Virus record (IMG/VR): IMGVR_UViG_3300047160_007353
Span: 1 to 64,000 of that record
Reading direction: 5' to 3' (one strand)
DNA: 64,000 nucleotides
Source: a virus
Lineage: Duplodnaviria; Caudoviricetes
How positions within the stretch are numbered: position 1 is the stretch's first letter; each line of letters begins with the position of its first letter. Below, in pieces: positions 26,283 through 34,452 of the stretch. The position numbers and the translations under genes were made by a program. Below the pieces are notes generated by a model. It worked only from the letters and a program-made list of their open reading frames with translations. It was not told where the DNA came from and did not search any database.

Positions 26283-29159
26283 TCAGAAGTCCCATACGTC
26301 GGACTCGACCGACGCTCTGATGGCTTTGAACAGGGCGTCCAGGTCCTCGCCAAAGACGCCGCCGTTCCCCGGGCAATGAATTGTAGGCTCCTTCGGGGGA
26401 GCGTACACTTTCGGTTTCTCCTCCACGATCTGGCGTAGCTCGGCCATCGCTTCCTCGATCGTCTCGTCATCGGATTTCTCCGGAACGACCACGACCGGCG
26501 GCCCCGGCGGCGGTTCTTCAACGACGACGGCAGCTTTCTTCTTGCCGCCAGCTTTGATCTTGGTCCAGTTCCTCTTGATGAGTTCTGGATCGATGCTCTC
26601 TCCCAACAGCTTCAACAGCATCAGATCATCCGATCCCGAATCGCCCATCGAAGCGATGCCAGAATCTCCTACCCTGCCAGATTCGAGAACCTGTGCCGCC
26701 CTATCCTTGTTGCCCATGAGCATGAGCGCTGCGGCCTGTGCGGTCCCCGCGTAGTAAAGGTAGTCGATCGTGCATTCCCTCGTCTGACCGATTCGTCTAG
26801 ACCTCCCCTCGAATTGCCTCAGTATGGTCAGAACGTACCCCGTCTCGTAGGCAATCAGGTGATTGAAGTTGAACTTGTAATTGCCGTTGCCCGAAGGACA
26901 AAACAAGTCACGTCCCGTGGCGATCACGGACGTGTTCGACAGCATGACCTCGAAGTTCCCCGCATGAGCTTCTAGCCACTGGCTACGCTCGCGAGGGGGA
27001 ACGTCTCCGGCCCTCAGGACTCCAACTCTGAGGCCGTGGTCAGTAAGGACCTTCTGCAAACGGCCAAGCACGTCGTGTTTGCCAGTCAGCAGACAGCCAA
27101 CCCAGGTCTGGTCCCCCATGTCCCTGTACTTGACGCACAGGTCAATGAGGGCCTTCTCCTTGGGGAGCACCAGATCCTTGCTGAAGTTTTCCGGCGTCGC
27201 AACGCCCACGAAGTTGTTTCTGACGTAATGATTCGGGATCATCCACCAGCCAACGGCGTGCGAGTCGAGAGGGTGTTCCTTGTCCTTGGGGAACATGGGG
27301 ATCCAGTCCCAAGGCCGGTCTGGGTAGGCCAGGAGCGTCCACAGCATAGTCGCAAGCAGCTTGCGGTTCCCGTGCATGACCAGAGCCGCGTTTGCGTCCT
27401 TGAGAGTCTGTTCAAGGGATCGGTAGGCCATCTTGACATCACCAGGAAGCTCGACCGCGACGACGTTGGGGACCAGGTCAGGCAGTCCCTCAACGAAATC
27501 GTCCAGCTTCAGGAACGTGGCAGCCCCTATGACCTGTTCCGAGAACAGAGCCGGCATGATGCCCGGTCTTGGCTTGAACTCGGTCTTGAAGTCGCCGAGC
27601 TTGGCTGAACCGGCGGACTTAAGACCGTGCTTCTTTCCATTGCCCTCGTGCGCACCCACTGTGGTCTTGTAGCGCTTGATCTCATCGAAGCATCCGTACC
27701 TCTCGGTCCAGTCTTTGTCCGCATCGCCCCAATCGAAACCTCGGGCAATGAGGTCGGCGGGCCTGGTCCGCCACAACAACGTGAAGATGCTGGAAGCATA
27801 CCCGTTGAGGAACGTTCCGGTAAGCCCTACGCAGTACCGGGTCGCAGCCAGGATCTTCCCGAAGGCGAGCGATTGCTCGCTCTCCTCCGACTTCTGCTGA
27901 TGCGCCTCATCAACGACGATGTACTTGAAGAGGCGCTTCATCTTTCTCTGGATCAGAAGCGCGGGCGACCACCACCAGGGTTTGTTGGTGTACTGGTAGA
28001 GCGGTTCGCCGCACTTCTTGACCACCCATCGCTTGCCCGCGTGCTTGACGATGGAGCCAACCCGAGACTTCCTGATTTCGCCAGGGATCTGCGGTCTGGC
28101 TCCTGCTTTGTGCTTGGGATTGGGCTCACCAAGAAGACTGATCCGATCCAGCCCCCCGCTGCAAGTCACGCCCTCATCCGGCAGCTCCTCCAGATAGACA
28201 GCTTCGCAGCATTTGTAATTGCTGTCAAGCTTCTTCAGCGGCATCGGCTTTCCCTTGTCATCCATGATGAAGGTCCCGCAGCGCGGGCAAGCCGCCAGCT
28301 TCTCCATGACTGGCTTCTTCTTGGTGCGCCAGCCGCACTTCTCGTCCCAGACCTTGACGGGCTCTCCTCTCTCGTCCAGGACGTCCTGGTGATCCATCAC
28401 CCTCCACCTCCCGGTGGCGTTGGTCCTCTCGGCACCGGTCAAACCGAACGCTTTCTTCTGGCCAAGCCCCTCAGTCTGAGAGGTGCGCTTGGCCAGGTCC
28501 CTTCCAATGATCCACCACTCAGGACCTTCCGGCGGCTTCCACCGGCCAACGCGATGGGTTACCATGCTGCCGTTGTGGGTTTCCGGACGGCACTCGAACT
28601 CGTACTCCTTGTCCTGGAATTCGCGGTTCTCGTCGAAGTGCGGACCAGGACCGGTAGAAACTGGCGACTCGCGGACAGAAGCCGGCTTGGGACCCTGGAT
28701 CTTTCGGACCTCTTTGTGTCCAAGGTCCATCAGATCCAGGAAGTCCCACCACTTCTTGTAGGCGAAGACCTTCGCGTCGGGGATCGTGGGCTTGATCTCC
28801 TGCTCTGCCCACTTGTAGATGAGGTCGTCCGGACAGAGGATGATTGCTCTGTACCTTCCCCCGAACTTCTTCATGGCGTGCTCGTGCACGCTCAGGATCG
28901 AAGTCAGTGACTTGCCGCACCCTGGCTCCCCGATGAAGAACACGGAGTTCTGTTCGTCGAGCGCCTTGCTCATGGCTGCGACCATGTCGGCCTGAGCGGG
29001 AAACGGCTTCCGGTTCGGAGGGATGTAGTCGAACGGCGGAACTGGGTCCTTCTCGGGGACGTGGAGCGGAGCAAAGCCATCGATGACTTTCCGCGCCAGT
29101 GCGTCCCCGAAGGACTCCAGATACCCGCCAAGATCCTTGATCTTTGCGAGTTCTTTCAA
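26283..29159 (-). CDS. SF2 (SNF2/DEAD-like) helicase with Cys-rich insert
   Basis: Walker A GEPGCGKS, DEAH (IVVDEAHQ), GLTGT motif III, C-terminal QFEGRSRRIGQT; CPRC...CC insert. Confidence 0.85.
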   Translation of the reverse strand: MKELAKIKDLGGYLESFGDALARKVIDGFAPLHVPEKDPVPPFDYIPPNRKPFPAQADMVAAMSKALDEQNSVFFIGEPGCGKSLTSILSVHEHAMKKFGGRYRAIILCPDDLIYKWAEQEIKPTIPDAKVFAYKKWWDFLDLMDLGHKEVRKIQGPKPASVRESPVSTGPGPHFDENREFQDKEYEFECRPETHNGSMVTHRVGRWKPPEGPEWWIIGRDLAKRTSQTEGLGQKKAFGLTGAERTNATGRWRVMDHQDVLDERGEPVKVWDEKCGWRTKKKPVMEKLAACPRCGTFIMDDKGKPMPLKKLDSNYKCCEAVYLEELPDEGVTCSGGLDRISLLGEPNPKHKAGARPQIPGEIRKSRVGSIVKHAGKRWVVKKCGEPLYQYTNKPWWWSPALLIQRKMKRLFKYIVVDEAHQQKSEESEQSLAFGKILAATRYCVGLTGTFLNGYASSIFTLLWRTRPADLIARGFDWGDADKDWTERYGCFDEIKRYKTTVGAHEGNGKKHGLKSAGSAKLGDFKTEFKPRPGIMPALFSEQVIGAATFLKLDDFVEGLPDLVPNVVAVELPGDVKMAYRSLEQTLKDANAALVMHGNRKLLATMLWTLLAYPDRPWDWIPMFPKDKEHPLDSHAVGWWMIPNHYVRNNFVGVATPENFSKDLVLPKEKALIDLCVKYRDMGDQTWVGCLLTGKHDVLGRLQKVLTDHGLRVGVLRAGDVPPRERSQWLEAHAGNFEVMLSNTSVIATGRDLFCPSGNGNYKFNFNHLIAYETGYVLTILRQFEGRSRRIGQTRECTIDYLYYAGTAQAAALMLMGNKDRAAQVLESGRVGDSGIASMGDSGSDDLMLLKLLGESIDPELIKRNWTKIKAGGKKKAAVVVEEPPPGPPVVVVPEKSDDETIEEAMAELRQIVEEKPKVYAPPKEPTIHCPGNGGVFGEDLDALFKAIRASVESDVWDF

Positions 29160-29180
29160 GATGCTTGGTCCTCGTGTTTG

Positions 29181-29203
29181 TGAAACCTCAATTTGAGGCT
29201 TCA
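29181..29203. promoter_or_regulatory. 23-bp quasi-palindrome, copy 2
   Basis: TGAAACCTCAATTTGAGGCTTCA; overlaps the stop of 29188-29799 and lies 22 nt upstream of the helicase start. Confidence 0.8.
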
Positions 29204-29799
29204 GCAGAAAACGAAAGTTGCCCGCTCTGAATCCCCTCCGAGACGATCTCGTCGAGTTGCTTGTCGCTGCTGAGGGTCAGGACCCCGGAGTGCAGGCGGT
29301 AGCACCGGCACTCACGCAGCAGGTTCTTGGTGATCAGCGCCTTGGTGATGTAAGGCATCCACGACCTCAAGATTGGAGTCGTGAACTCATCTGACTTCAA
29401 CTTGAGCCAGATCGTTTCCGGGCACATGGTGCGCAGAAACGCTTTGTCCTTGCTGATCAGCGTTGCGTGAACCAGACCGTACTCCAGCTTGTGGATATAC
29501 GTCTTGTAGCCTTCCTCCGATGGGAAGAGGCTTTCTGGCCTCTTGTGTCTCCATGCGTCCGCCGAAAGGCTTGGCCGCACAGTCACGATCCCCTCGAAGG
29601 AACAGAAAGGCTTTGATCCTTTTGGCGAGTGAAGCATAGCCCTCGCCGCTTTGACCTCCATGCCAGATGCCACTATGGAGATCATCTCCAGGGTTTGCCC
29701 ATCATGGGCCAGCTTGTCCACCTTGACGTTCGGGACCAGCTCGTCCTTGGACTGGAACTTGACCGTCCCGAACTCCCAGAGTTCCGTTTCGCTCATCAA
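29188..29799 (-). CDS. Hypothetical protein, possible partner of the helicase/DUF6094 methylase
   Basis: 203 aa with a FTTPILRSW motif, directly upstream of the SNF2-like helicase. Confidence 0.6.
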   Translation of the reverse strand: MMSETELWEFGTVKFQSKDELVPNVKVDKLAHDGQTLEMISIVASGMEVKAARAMLHSPKGSKPFCSFEGIVTVRPSLSADAWRHKRPESLFPSEEGYKTYIHKLEYGLVHATLISKDKAFLRTMCPETIWLKLKSDEFTTPILRSWMPYITKALITKNLLRECRCYRLHSGVLTLSSDKQLDEIVSEGIQSGQLSFSAEASN

Positions 29800-30011
29800 T
29801 CCTCCTGCGGTTCATGAAGGTTGCAGCAGAAGGCTGCCGTGGTTTCCAGACCCGAAAAGTAACGCTCGACGTCCCACGTCCTGGCGAAGTCGCTCGCGTC
29901 CTCTTTGTCGTAGTGGACGATCTTTTCGCAGCGACCCCAACCATAGTCAGCGGTCAGCGGCTTGTCCCAGTGCTTGCAATTCCCGCAGCACGGCTCAATG
30001 GCTTGGCTCAT
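29796..30011 (-). CDS. Small Cys-rich protein
   Basis: CCGNCKHW...GRC...FCC pattern, 71 aa. Confidence 0.55.
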   Translation of the reverse strand: MSQAIEPCCGNCKHWDKPLTADYGWGRCEKIVHYDKEDASDFARTWDVERYFSGLETTAAFCCNLHEPQED

Positions 30012-30753
30012 TGCATTTTGCTCCTGACATGAGTTCGCTGGCTTGCAGCACTTGCTCTCGTTGAGCGTACTTGAAACACTTCGAGGGATTCCAGAACACA
30101 CTCCCTCGACTGGGGATCTGCTTTGTCTTCAGCTCTTCGGCGATCCACAGCCACGAGCGACCGTCCTCGACCCTCATCTTGAGGATCATTCTCATGAGCG
30201 CCCGCTCGTCGTGGTCTGGGACCAACCTCTTGATGATTCGCCCGCGCTCCTTCTCGGGGCGGACCTTGTAGCCCAAGGGGACGTTGCCAACCATCTCCCC
30301 TCTGGCTTTCTTCGATCGCAGGACGTCTCTTGTTCGCTCCCGGATCATGGCTCTGTCGTACTCGGCGACAGCAGCCAAGATCCTGATCATCAACATGCCC
30401 CATTCGGACTGCATGTCGACGGCTTGCCCGAACAGGTTCGTGATGTGAACGTTCACACCCGCGTTCTTCCAGTTGTCGATCGCGACCGCGCACTCGGAGA
30501 ATCTCCGGAAGGCCCGATCGATCTTGGTGAACACGATGTGGTCACCCCTCCGCAGGTTGCTGGTCATGACTGATCCAGCCTCCCGCTTGACCAGCGGTTT
30601 CTCCGAAGAGATCGCTGCGTCGACGTACCACATGGGGACTTCGTCCTCACCCACCAGCTTGTTGCGGCGGCAGTACGTGAGGATCTGCTCTCTCTGAGTC
30701 TCAGGACTCTCCACCTGTTTGTCGGTGGAGGTCCGGACGTAGCCGTGGATCAT
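29995..30753 (-). CDS. Serine recombinase (resolvase/invertase family catalytic domain)
   Basis: GYVRTST (catalytic Ser), SPETQREQI, KIDRAFR, ILAAVAEYDRAMIRERT, GNVPLGY; ATG at 30753. Confidence 0.9.
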   Translation of the reverse strand: MIHGYVRTSTDKQVESPETQREQILTYCRRNKLVGEDEVPMWYVDAAISSEKPLVKREAGSVMTSNLRRGDHIVFTKIDRAFRRFSECAVAIDNWKNAGVNVHITNLFGQAVDMQSEWGMLMIRILAAVAEYDRAMIRERTRDVLRSKKARGEMVGNVPLGYKVRPEKERGRIIKRLVPDHDERALMRMILKMRVEDGRSWLWIAEELKTKQIPSRGSVFWNPSKCFKYAQREQVLQASELMSGAKCNEPSH

Positions 30754-31100
30754 CAGTCCTCCGGGCACTCTGGGTAGAAGATGAGCGTCGCGGAATCCGG
30801 AAACACGTCGCTGGCTCCTCCGTAATCGAAATCCCGGATGAAGTTGTAGACATTGTCCGGATTCTCGCAGGATGCGATTGGGTAAGTCCCCCATTCTGGG
30901 TCGGGTAGCTCAAGATAAGTGACGCAGTTCTCCGTTCTGACGATCAGTTCGGTGTCTGGATAGACAGCCCGCAGAGCCCTTTTGGTAGCGATAGCCCAGG
31001 GGCAATCGAAGCAGTTTTTCTTGACGCCTTCCTTGATGTCGTCCTCTGTGACCTCAACGTTAAGCCGAATCTCCTTTGGCAGATCAAAGCTCTGATGCAT
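30753..31100 (-). CDS. Hypothetical protein, paralog of 31780-32145
   Basis: VTEDDIKEG...CPWAIATKRAL motif. Confidence 0.6.
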   Translation of the reverse strand: MHQSFDLPKEIRLNVEVTEDDIKEGVKKNCFDCPWAIATKRALRAVYPDTELIVRTENCVTYLELPDPEWGTYPIASCENPDNVYNFIRDFDYGGASDVFPDSATLIFYPECPED

Positions 31101-31305
31101 CGCTTTCTCCCTTCTCTCGATTGTCGAGTTTTCCGGCGCACGCCAGGGCGTGCATGATCGCTCGCCCAAGAGCTGACGCCGCCATAGGGTAGTTCAGTTT
31201 GTCATTTACCTCAAGGCCGTAAACCACCGAGAAATTGTCGACGCCTTTCTGAACCAACTTGATGGGTGGTCCTTCAATGTTGGTGATCTCAATGCAAGTT
31301 TTCAC
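31084..31305 (-). CDS. Conserved phage hypothetical protein
   Basis: LVQKGVDNFSVVYGL...ALGRAIMHALACAGKLDN pattern; start uncertain. Confidence 0.55.
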   Translation of the reverse strand: MKTCIEITNIEGPPIKLVQKGVDNFSVVYGLEVNDKLNYPMAASALGRAIMHALACAGKLDNREKGESDASEL

Positions 31306-31399
31306 TCTCACAGGATTGGCCTCGCAAAATCGCGAGCGGCTCTCAGTCGGCCGCTCCCGCCGGTGCAGCCCTCCATGGCCCACCGGGGGGAGAAGTCGA

Positions 31400-31783
31400 T
31401 CAATTCTCTTCTGTTGCCTTATCGTACTGGACCGAGAGCCAGTTCCAGTAGTTGTTGGTGTAGTAGTTCCTCGCGCCGCCAACCTTCTCGTTGGCATGGT
31501 TCAGAATGAACGCCATGCCGATCTCCTGGTAGTTGTCGAAGTGGCCATCCGAGCCGCAATTGCTCACCCTGCCGTCTTTCTGGAGATACTCCGTTATGTG
31601 TCTCCCGCCGATGATCCTGGCTACCCTGTACACGAAGTAGCGAGGTTCTCCGACGCGGCCGCAGTAGTCGTTCTCGACGATCCGCCACTCGACTTCGTTG
31701 CCCTCGCATTCAAAGGCTTGGAACTCATCAGAGGAAATCTGGGTTCCTGGTTCCCTGGCGTAACTCGCTCTGACGTGACTCAT
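31400..31783 (-). CDS. Hypothetical protein
   Basis: 127 aa from ATG 31783, which overlaps the upstream stop. Confidence 0.5.
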   Translation of the reverse strand: MSHVRASYAREPGTQISSDEFQAFECEGNEVEWRIVENDYCGRVGEPRYFVYRVARIIGGRHITEYLQKDGRVSNCGSDGHFDNYQEIGMAFILNHANEKVGGARNYYTNNYWNWLSVQYDKATEEN

Positions 31784-32145
31784 GACGCTTCTTGCTCCTC
31801 GTAGGTGACTGGATCTGTCTGCCCGAAGCATCTGACGAACCTGAGGGTTTCGCTCATAGGCGAAATCTGCTTGATCCTGTCGTAGACGAAAATCCATTGC
31901 CGAACCTCCATCGAGGATTCGGACACGAACTCGGTTTGCCAATCGCCGTCTTTCCAGATCACCAGAAAGAATCTGAACTTTCCAACCTCGACCCGAAGCG
32001 GGCAGCCAGGGAACTTCTCCCCGAGGGCGCGAGCTGCCGCAAGAGCCCAAGGACAGGAAAAGTGGCTGCACGGTATTCCTGAGTTGATGTCGTGTTCTTT
32101 GACATCAGCTTGAAGGTCAAACGACTCTGGCATGGTCCTGGTCAT
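31780..32145 (-). CDS. Hypothetical protein, paralog of 30753-31100
   Basis: VKEHDINSG...CPWALAAARAL motif. Confidence 0.6.
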   Translation of the reverse strand: MTRTMPESFDLQADVKEHDINSGIPCSHFSCPWALAAARALGEKFPGCPLRVEVGKFRFFLVIWKDGDWQTEFVSESSMEVRQWIFVYDRIKQISPMSETLRFVRCFGQTDPVTYEEQEAS

Positions 32146-32873
32146 GCCTCGATGCTCCTGTGAAGGGAAAGTTGCTTGCCGTCACGGACTCCCGCCTCGA
32201 ACGTGGAATGAGATCCTCGCGTCTCTGCGTATTTGCCCGACCTGGCTTTTGGCTCCTTGCCACCAAAGTGCTGCTGGATGTGCTGCTCGCGTGTCCTTTG
32301 TGCAATCGAGATCACAGCCAGAGCCGTGCTCCCGCTAGGCTTGGCTTGCAAGAGATCGCGCTCAGCCTCGACGGCCTTGCGCTCGTCTCTCATTCTGATC
32401 GTGAAGCCGCTCGCGACTCCGACGACGTAAAGGCGCTTGCTGGACGCAGGGTCTCCGGTTCTGGATCTGTGGTCCAGCCACAGGCGATCGAACGCTTCGA
32501 GTAATGCCGTGAACATGAACCGGCCGGCAGCGACGTTTTCCTTGGTGCCGAAGAGATGAAACACCTTGCGAGCGTTCGATGCTCCCTCGGGGTATCTGTA
32601 GGTGAACATGCCTTCGACGAAGCAAAACTCCTTTGCGATGGCAAAGGCATAATTGTGGGCAAGGGTCCAGTGCCCGAAGGTCCCCGCCGTCTCGTTGGCC
32701 CACTCCTCTTTGACTTCCTCACCAGAAAGCCTCACGTCCTCCATGCTCAGGTTGTGCTCGGTCATGAGCTTGCTGGCCATAGCAAAGGCTGCCTCCGCTT
32801 CCTGCGGAGTGCAGCCAGCCTCTTCGGTCTTGGACAGGATCTTCTTGATTCTGTCAATCAGGTTTGGGCTCAC
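32142..32873 (-). CDS. DUF2786-domain protein
   Basis: LIDRIKKILSK....TPQEAEAAFAMASKLMTEHNLS is the DUF2786 N-terminal signature. Confidence 0.8.
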   Translation of the reverse strand: MSPNLIDRIKKILSKTEEAGCTPQEAEAAFAMASKLMTEHNLSMEDVRLSGEEVKEEWANETAGTFGHWTLAHNYAFAIAKEFCFVEGMFTYRYPEGASNARKVFHLFGTKENVAAGRFMFTALLEAFDRLWLDHRSRTGDPASSKRLYVVGVASGFTIRMRDERKAVEAERDLLQAKPSGSTALAVISIAQRTREQHIQQHFGGKEPKARSGKYAETRGSHSTFEAGVRDGKQLSLHRSIEA

Positions 32874-33223
32874 TCAGTCATCTCCATTTTGCTTGGCTCG
32901 GCGTAGGTGTAGTAGCCGCAGTCCCCGGGCTGGCGCTCGAAGCCGTGAGACTCCATGTCGTAGAAGCCGCCCTCGCAGTAGAGGATCGGCCCCGAGAAGC
33001 GTTCGCTGTTGTTCCAGACCCAGCAGACCAGCTCCCAATCTGGCCTCGGGATCTGGGTTCCCCCAACCCATTGGGTCTGGTACTCCATGCTGATCTCGAT
33101 CGGCTTACCTGCCAACCGGAAGTGCATCATGATCTCTGAGTAGAAACCCCGCACAGGCACGCGTTCCCCCACTGAAGGGAAAACGCGCACCAAACCAGGA
33201 CGCTCCGCAGGTTCGGTGCGCAT
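32870..33223 (-). CDS. Hypothetical protein
   Basis: 117 aa coupled ORF; start uncertain. Confidence 0.5.
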   Translation of the reverse strand: MRTEPAERPGLVRVFPSVGERVPVRGFYSEIMMHFRLAGKPIEISMEYQTQWVGGTQIPRPDWELVCWVWNNSERFSGPILYCEGGFYDMESHGFERQPGDCGYYTYAEPSKMEMTE

Positions 33224-33236
33224 TCGATTGTCCTCG

Positions 33237-33482
33237 CTATTTCTTGAAAGGCTTGAGAGGCAGCCCCGATGGCCACCTGTTGCGACCCACGTAGAAAGCC
33301 GTCTTGAGGATGGCGCAGAAATCCGGGAACACGACTCGGAGGGTAGGCCAGTCCCAGGAGCCGCCGTAACCTCCGTACTGCCATTTGATCTGATCCCAGA
33401 TCCGGTTCGTGAATCTGAGGTACTGTTCTGGCGTCAGACTCATGAGGTATCGCTTGAGCAAGAGCCTACGCTTCGCAGGCAT
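33237..33482 (-). CDS. Hypothetical basic protein
   Basis: 81 aa, flush in the operon. Confidence 0.55.
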   Translation of the reverse strand: MPAKRRLLLKRYLMSLTPEQYLRFTNRIWDQIKWQYGGYGGSWDWPTLRVVFPDFCAILKTAFYVGRNRWPSGLPLKPFKK

Positions 33483-33483
33483 C

Positions 33484-33756
33484 TCAGTCCCATCCTCTCT
33501 CGGCCCGATCGGCGCAGCGATCGCACTGGTAGCCTCGCTGGCGGTCCAGGGGGGTCAAGACGTTCTCGGCACCACAGGTGGGGCAGGGAAGGTTCCGAGG
33601 GTTGTCCGGTGTGGCTGCACGCAGCGCACTGCGTCCGCCCGGGTCTGCGAACCCGACGCCGTCGATCAGGTTCTCGTCGTCGTAGTCGGGCTCGTAGTCG
33701 ATCTCGTCTCCGTACTCGTCGATGTAGCAGTCGTCTTCTTCGCTGAAGTAACTCAT
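33484..33756 (-). CDS. Acidic-N-terminus zinc-ribbon protein
   Basis: D/E/Y-rich N-terminus followed by CPTC...CDRC. Confidence 0.65.
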   Translation of the reverse strand: MSYFSEEDDCYIDEYGDEIDYEPDYDDENLIDGVGFADPGGRSALRAATPDNPRNLPCPTCGAENVLTPLDRQRGYQCDRCADRAERGWD

Positions 33757-33814
33757 GAAGTTCAGTCCTCGCTGGTCCTGGGAAGGTCGAACTCGTCAGG
33801 GATTCTGATCACGA

Positions 33815-34006
33815 TCACTCCTTTCCAATCTGTTTCCTGATAATGCGGAAGCCGCCGCCGGTCAGCTTGACGCGGTCTGAGTCTCTGTTGTCGAAGTCCC
33901 CGCGGAGGACTGCGTCCATGACGTCGAAGCTGTCTCCGAGGTATGCGATCCTTCGCTCTCGCTGCATTGGCGCGTACCGTTTCCGTTGCTTGATCGGCTT
34001 GTCCAT
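33815..34006 (-). CDS. Hypothetical protein
   Basis: MDKPIKQRKR..., with the SD-like gaaagga upstream. Confidence 0.5.
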   Translation of the reverse strand: MDKPIKQRKRYAPMQRERRIAYLGDSFDVMDAVLRGDFDNRDSDRVKLTGGGFRIIRKQIGKE

Positions 34007-34034
34007 CGCATTGTCCTTTCTTTGGTGCAAGAAA

Positions 34035-34129
34035 GCAAGACCGTACCGAAGTGATACGGTCCATTAGCGGCCCTGGCGGCAAAGCCAGGGCGGTCCCGCT
34101 TGAACCTCAGGACCGGCGCTTGCCCGCTA
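34035..34129 (-). ncRNA. Candidate structured intergenic RNA (multi-stem junction, possible pseudoknot)
   Basis: Stems gaccgta/tacggtc, gccctggc/gccagggc, ggtcc/ggacc and tagcg/cgcta, plus crossing gcaag/cttgc, within ~95 nt. Confidence 0.4.
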
Positions 34130-34137
34130 TTCCGCGA

Positions 34138-34452
34138 TCAGTCCTCGTAGTCCTCTTCTTCTACGATCTGGATGGAGTAGGTCGCGATGTACTCCTCCAT
34201 CTTCGTTGAGAAGCACCTCCAAGCCTCGACGAGCGCCAACTTCTTTGGTGTCGTGCGGTACGGGAAGTAGTGGCCCCAGTAGTACACAGGCTTTGACTTC
34301 CTGGCGTGATCCTGGATCATGTTGTGGACCACGAACTCGCTGCACTTCGGCAGGTCGCGAATAACGAGCCGGCGAGTCGTGTGTTGGTCCTCTGTGGTGA
34401 CCGACTCAATAACCGGTCCCATTGCGATGACATCGTCCGGAATCTGTTGCAT
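34138..34452 (-). CDS. Hypothetical protein
   Basis: 104 aa from ATG 34452. Confidence 0.5.
   Translation of the reverse strand: MQQIPDDVIAMGPVIESVTTEDQHTTRRLVIRDLPKCSEFVVHNMIQDHARKSKPVYYWGHYFPYRTTPKKLALVEAWRCFSTKMEEYIATYSIQIVEEEDYED

Noticed and set aside
29995-30753. IS607 transposase or integrated mobile element
   Set aside because: No N-terminal MerR-like HTH, no tnpB, no element ends, and the gene is coupled to phage neighbours.
34035-34129. Canonical HDV/theta, twister or hammerhead ribozyme
   Set aside because: No CUGAUGA/GAAA core, and the P3/L3 and J4/2 geometry does not fit HDV. Kept only as an unclassified structured RNA.
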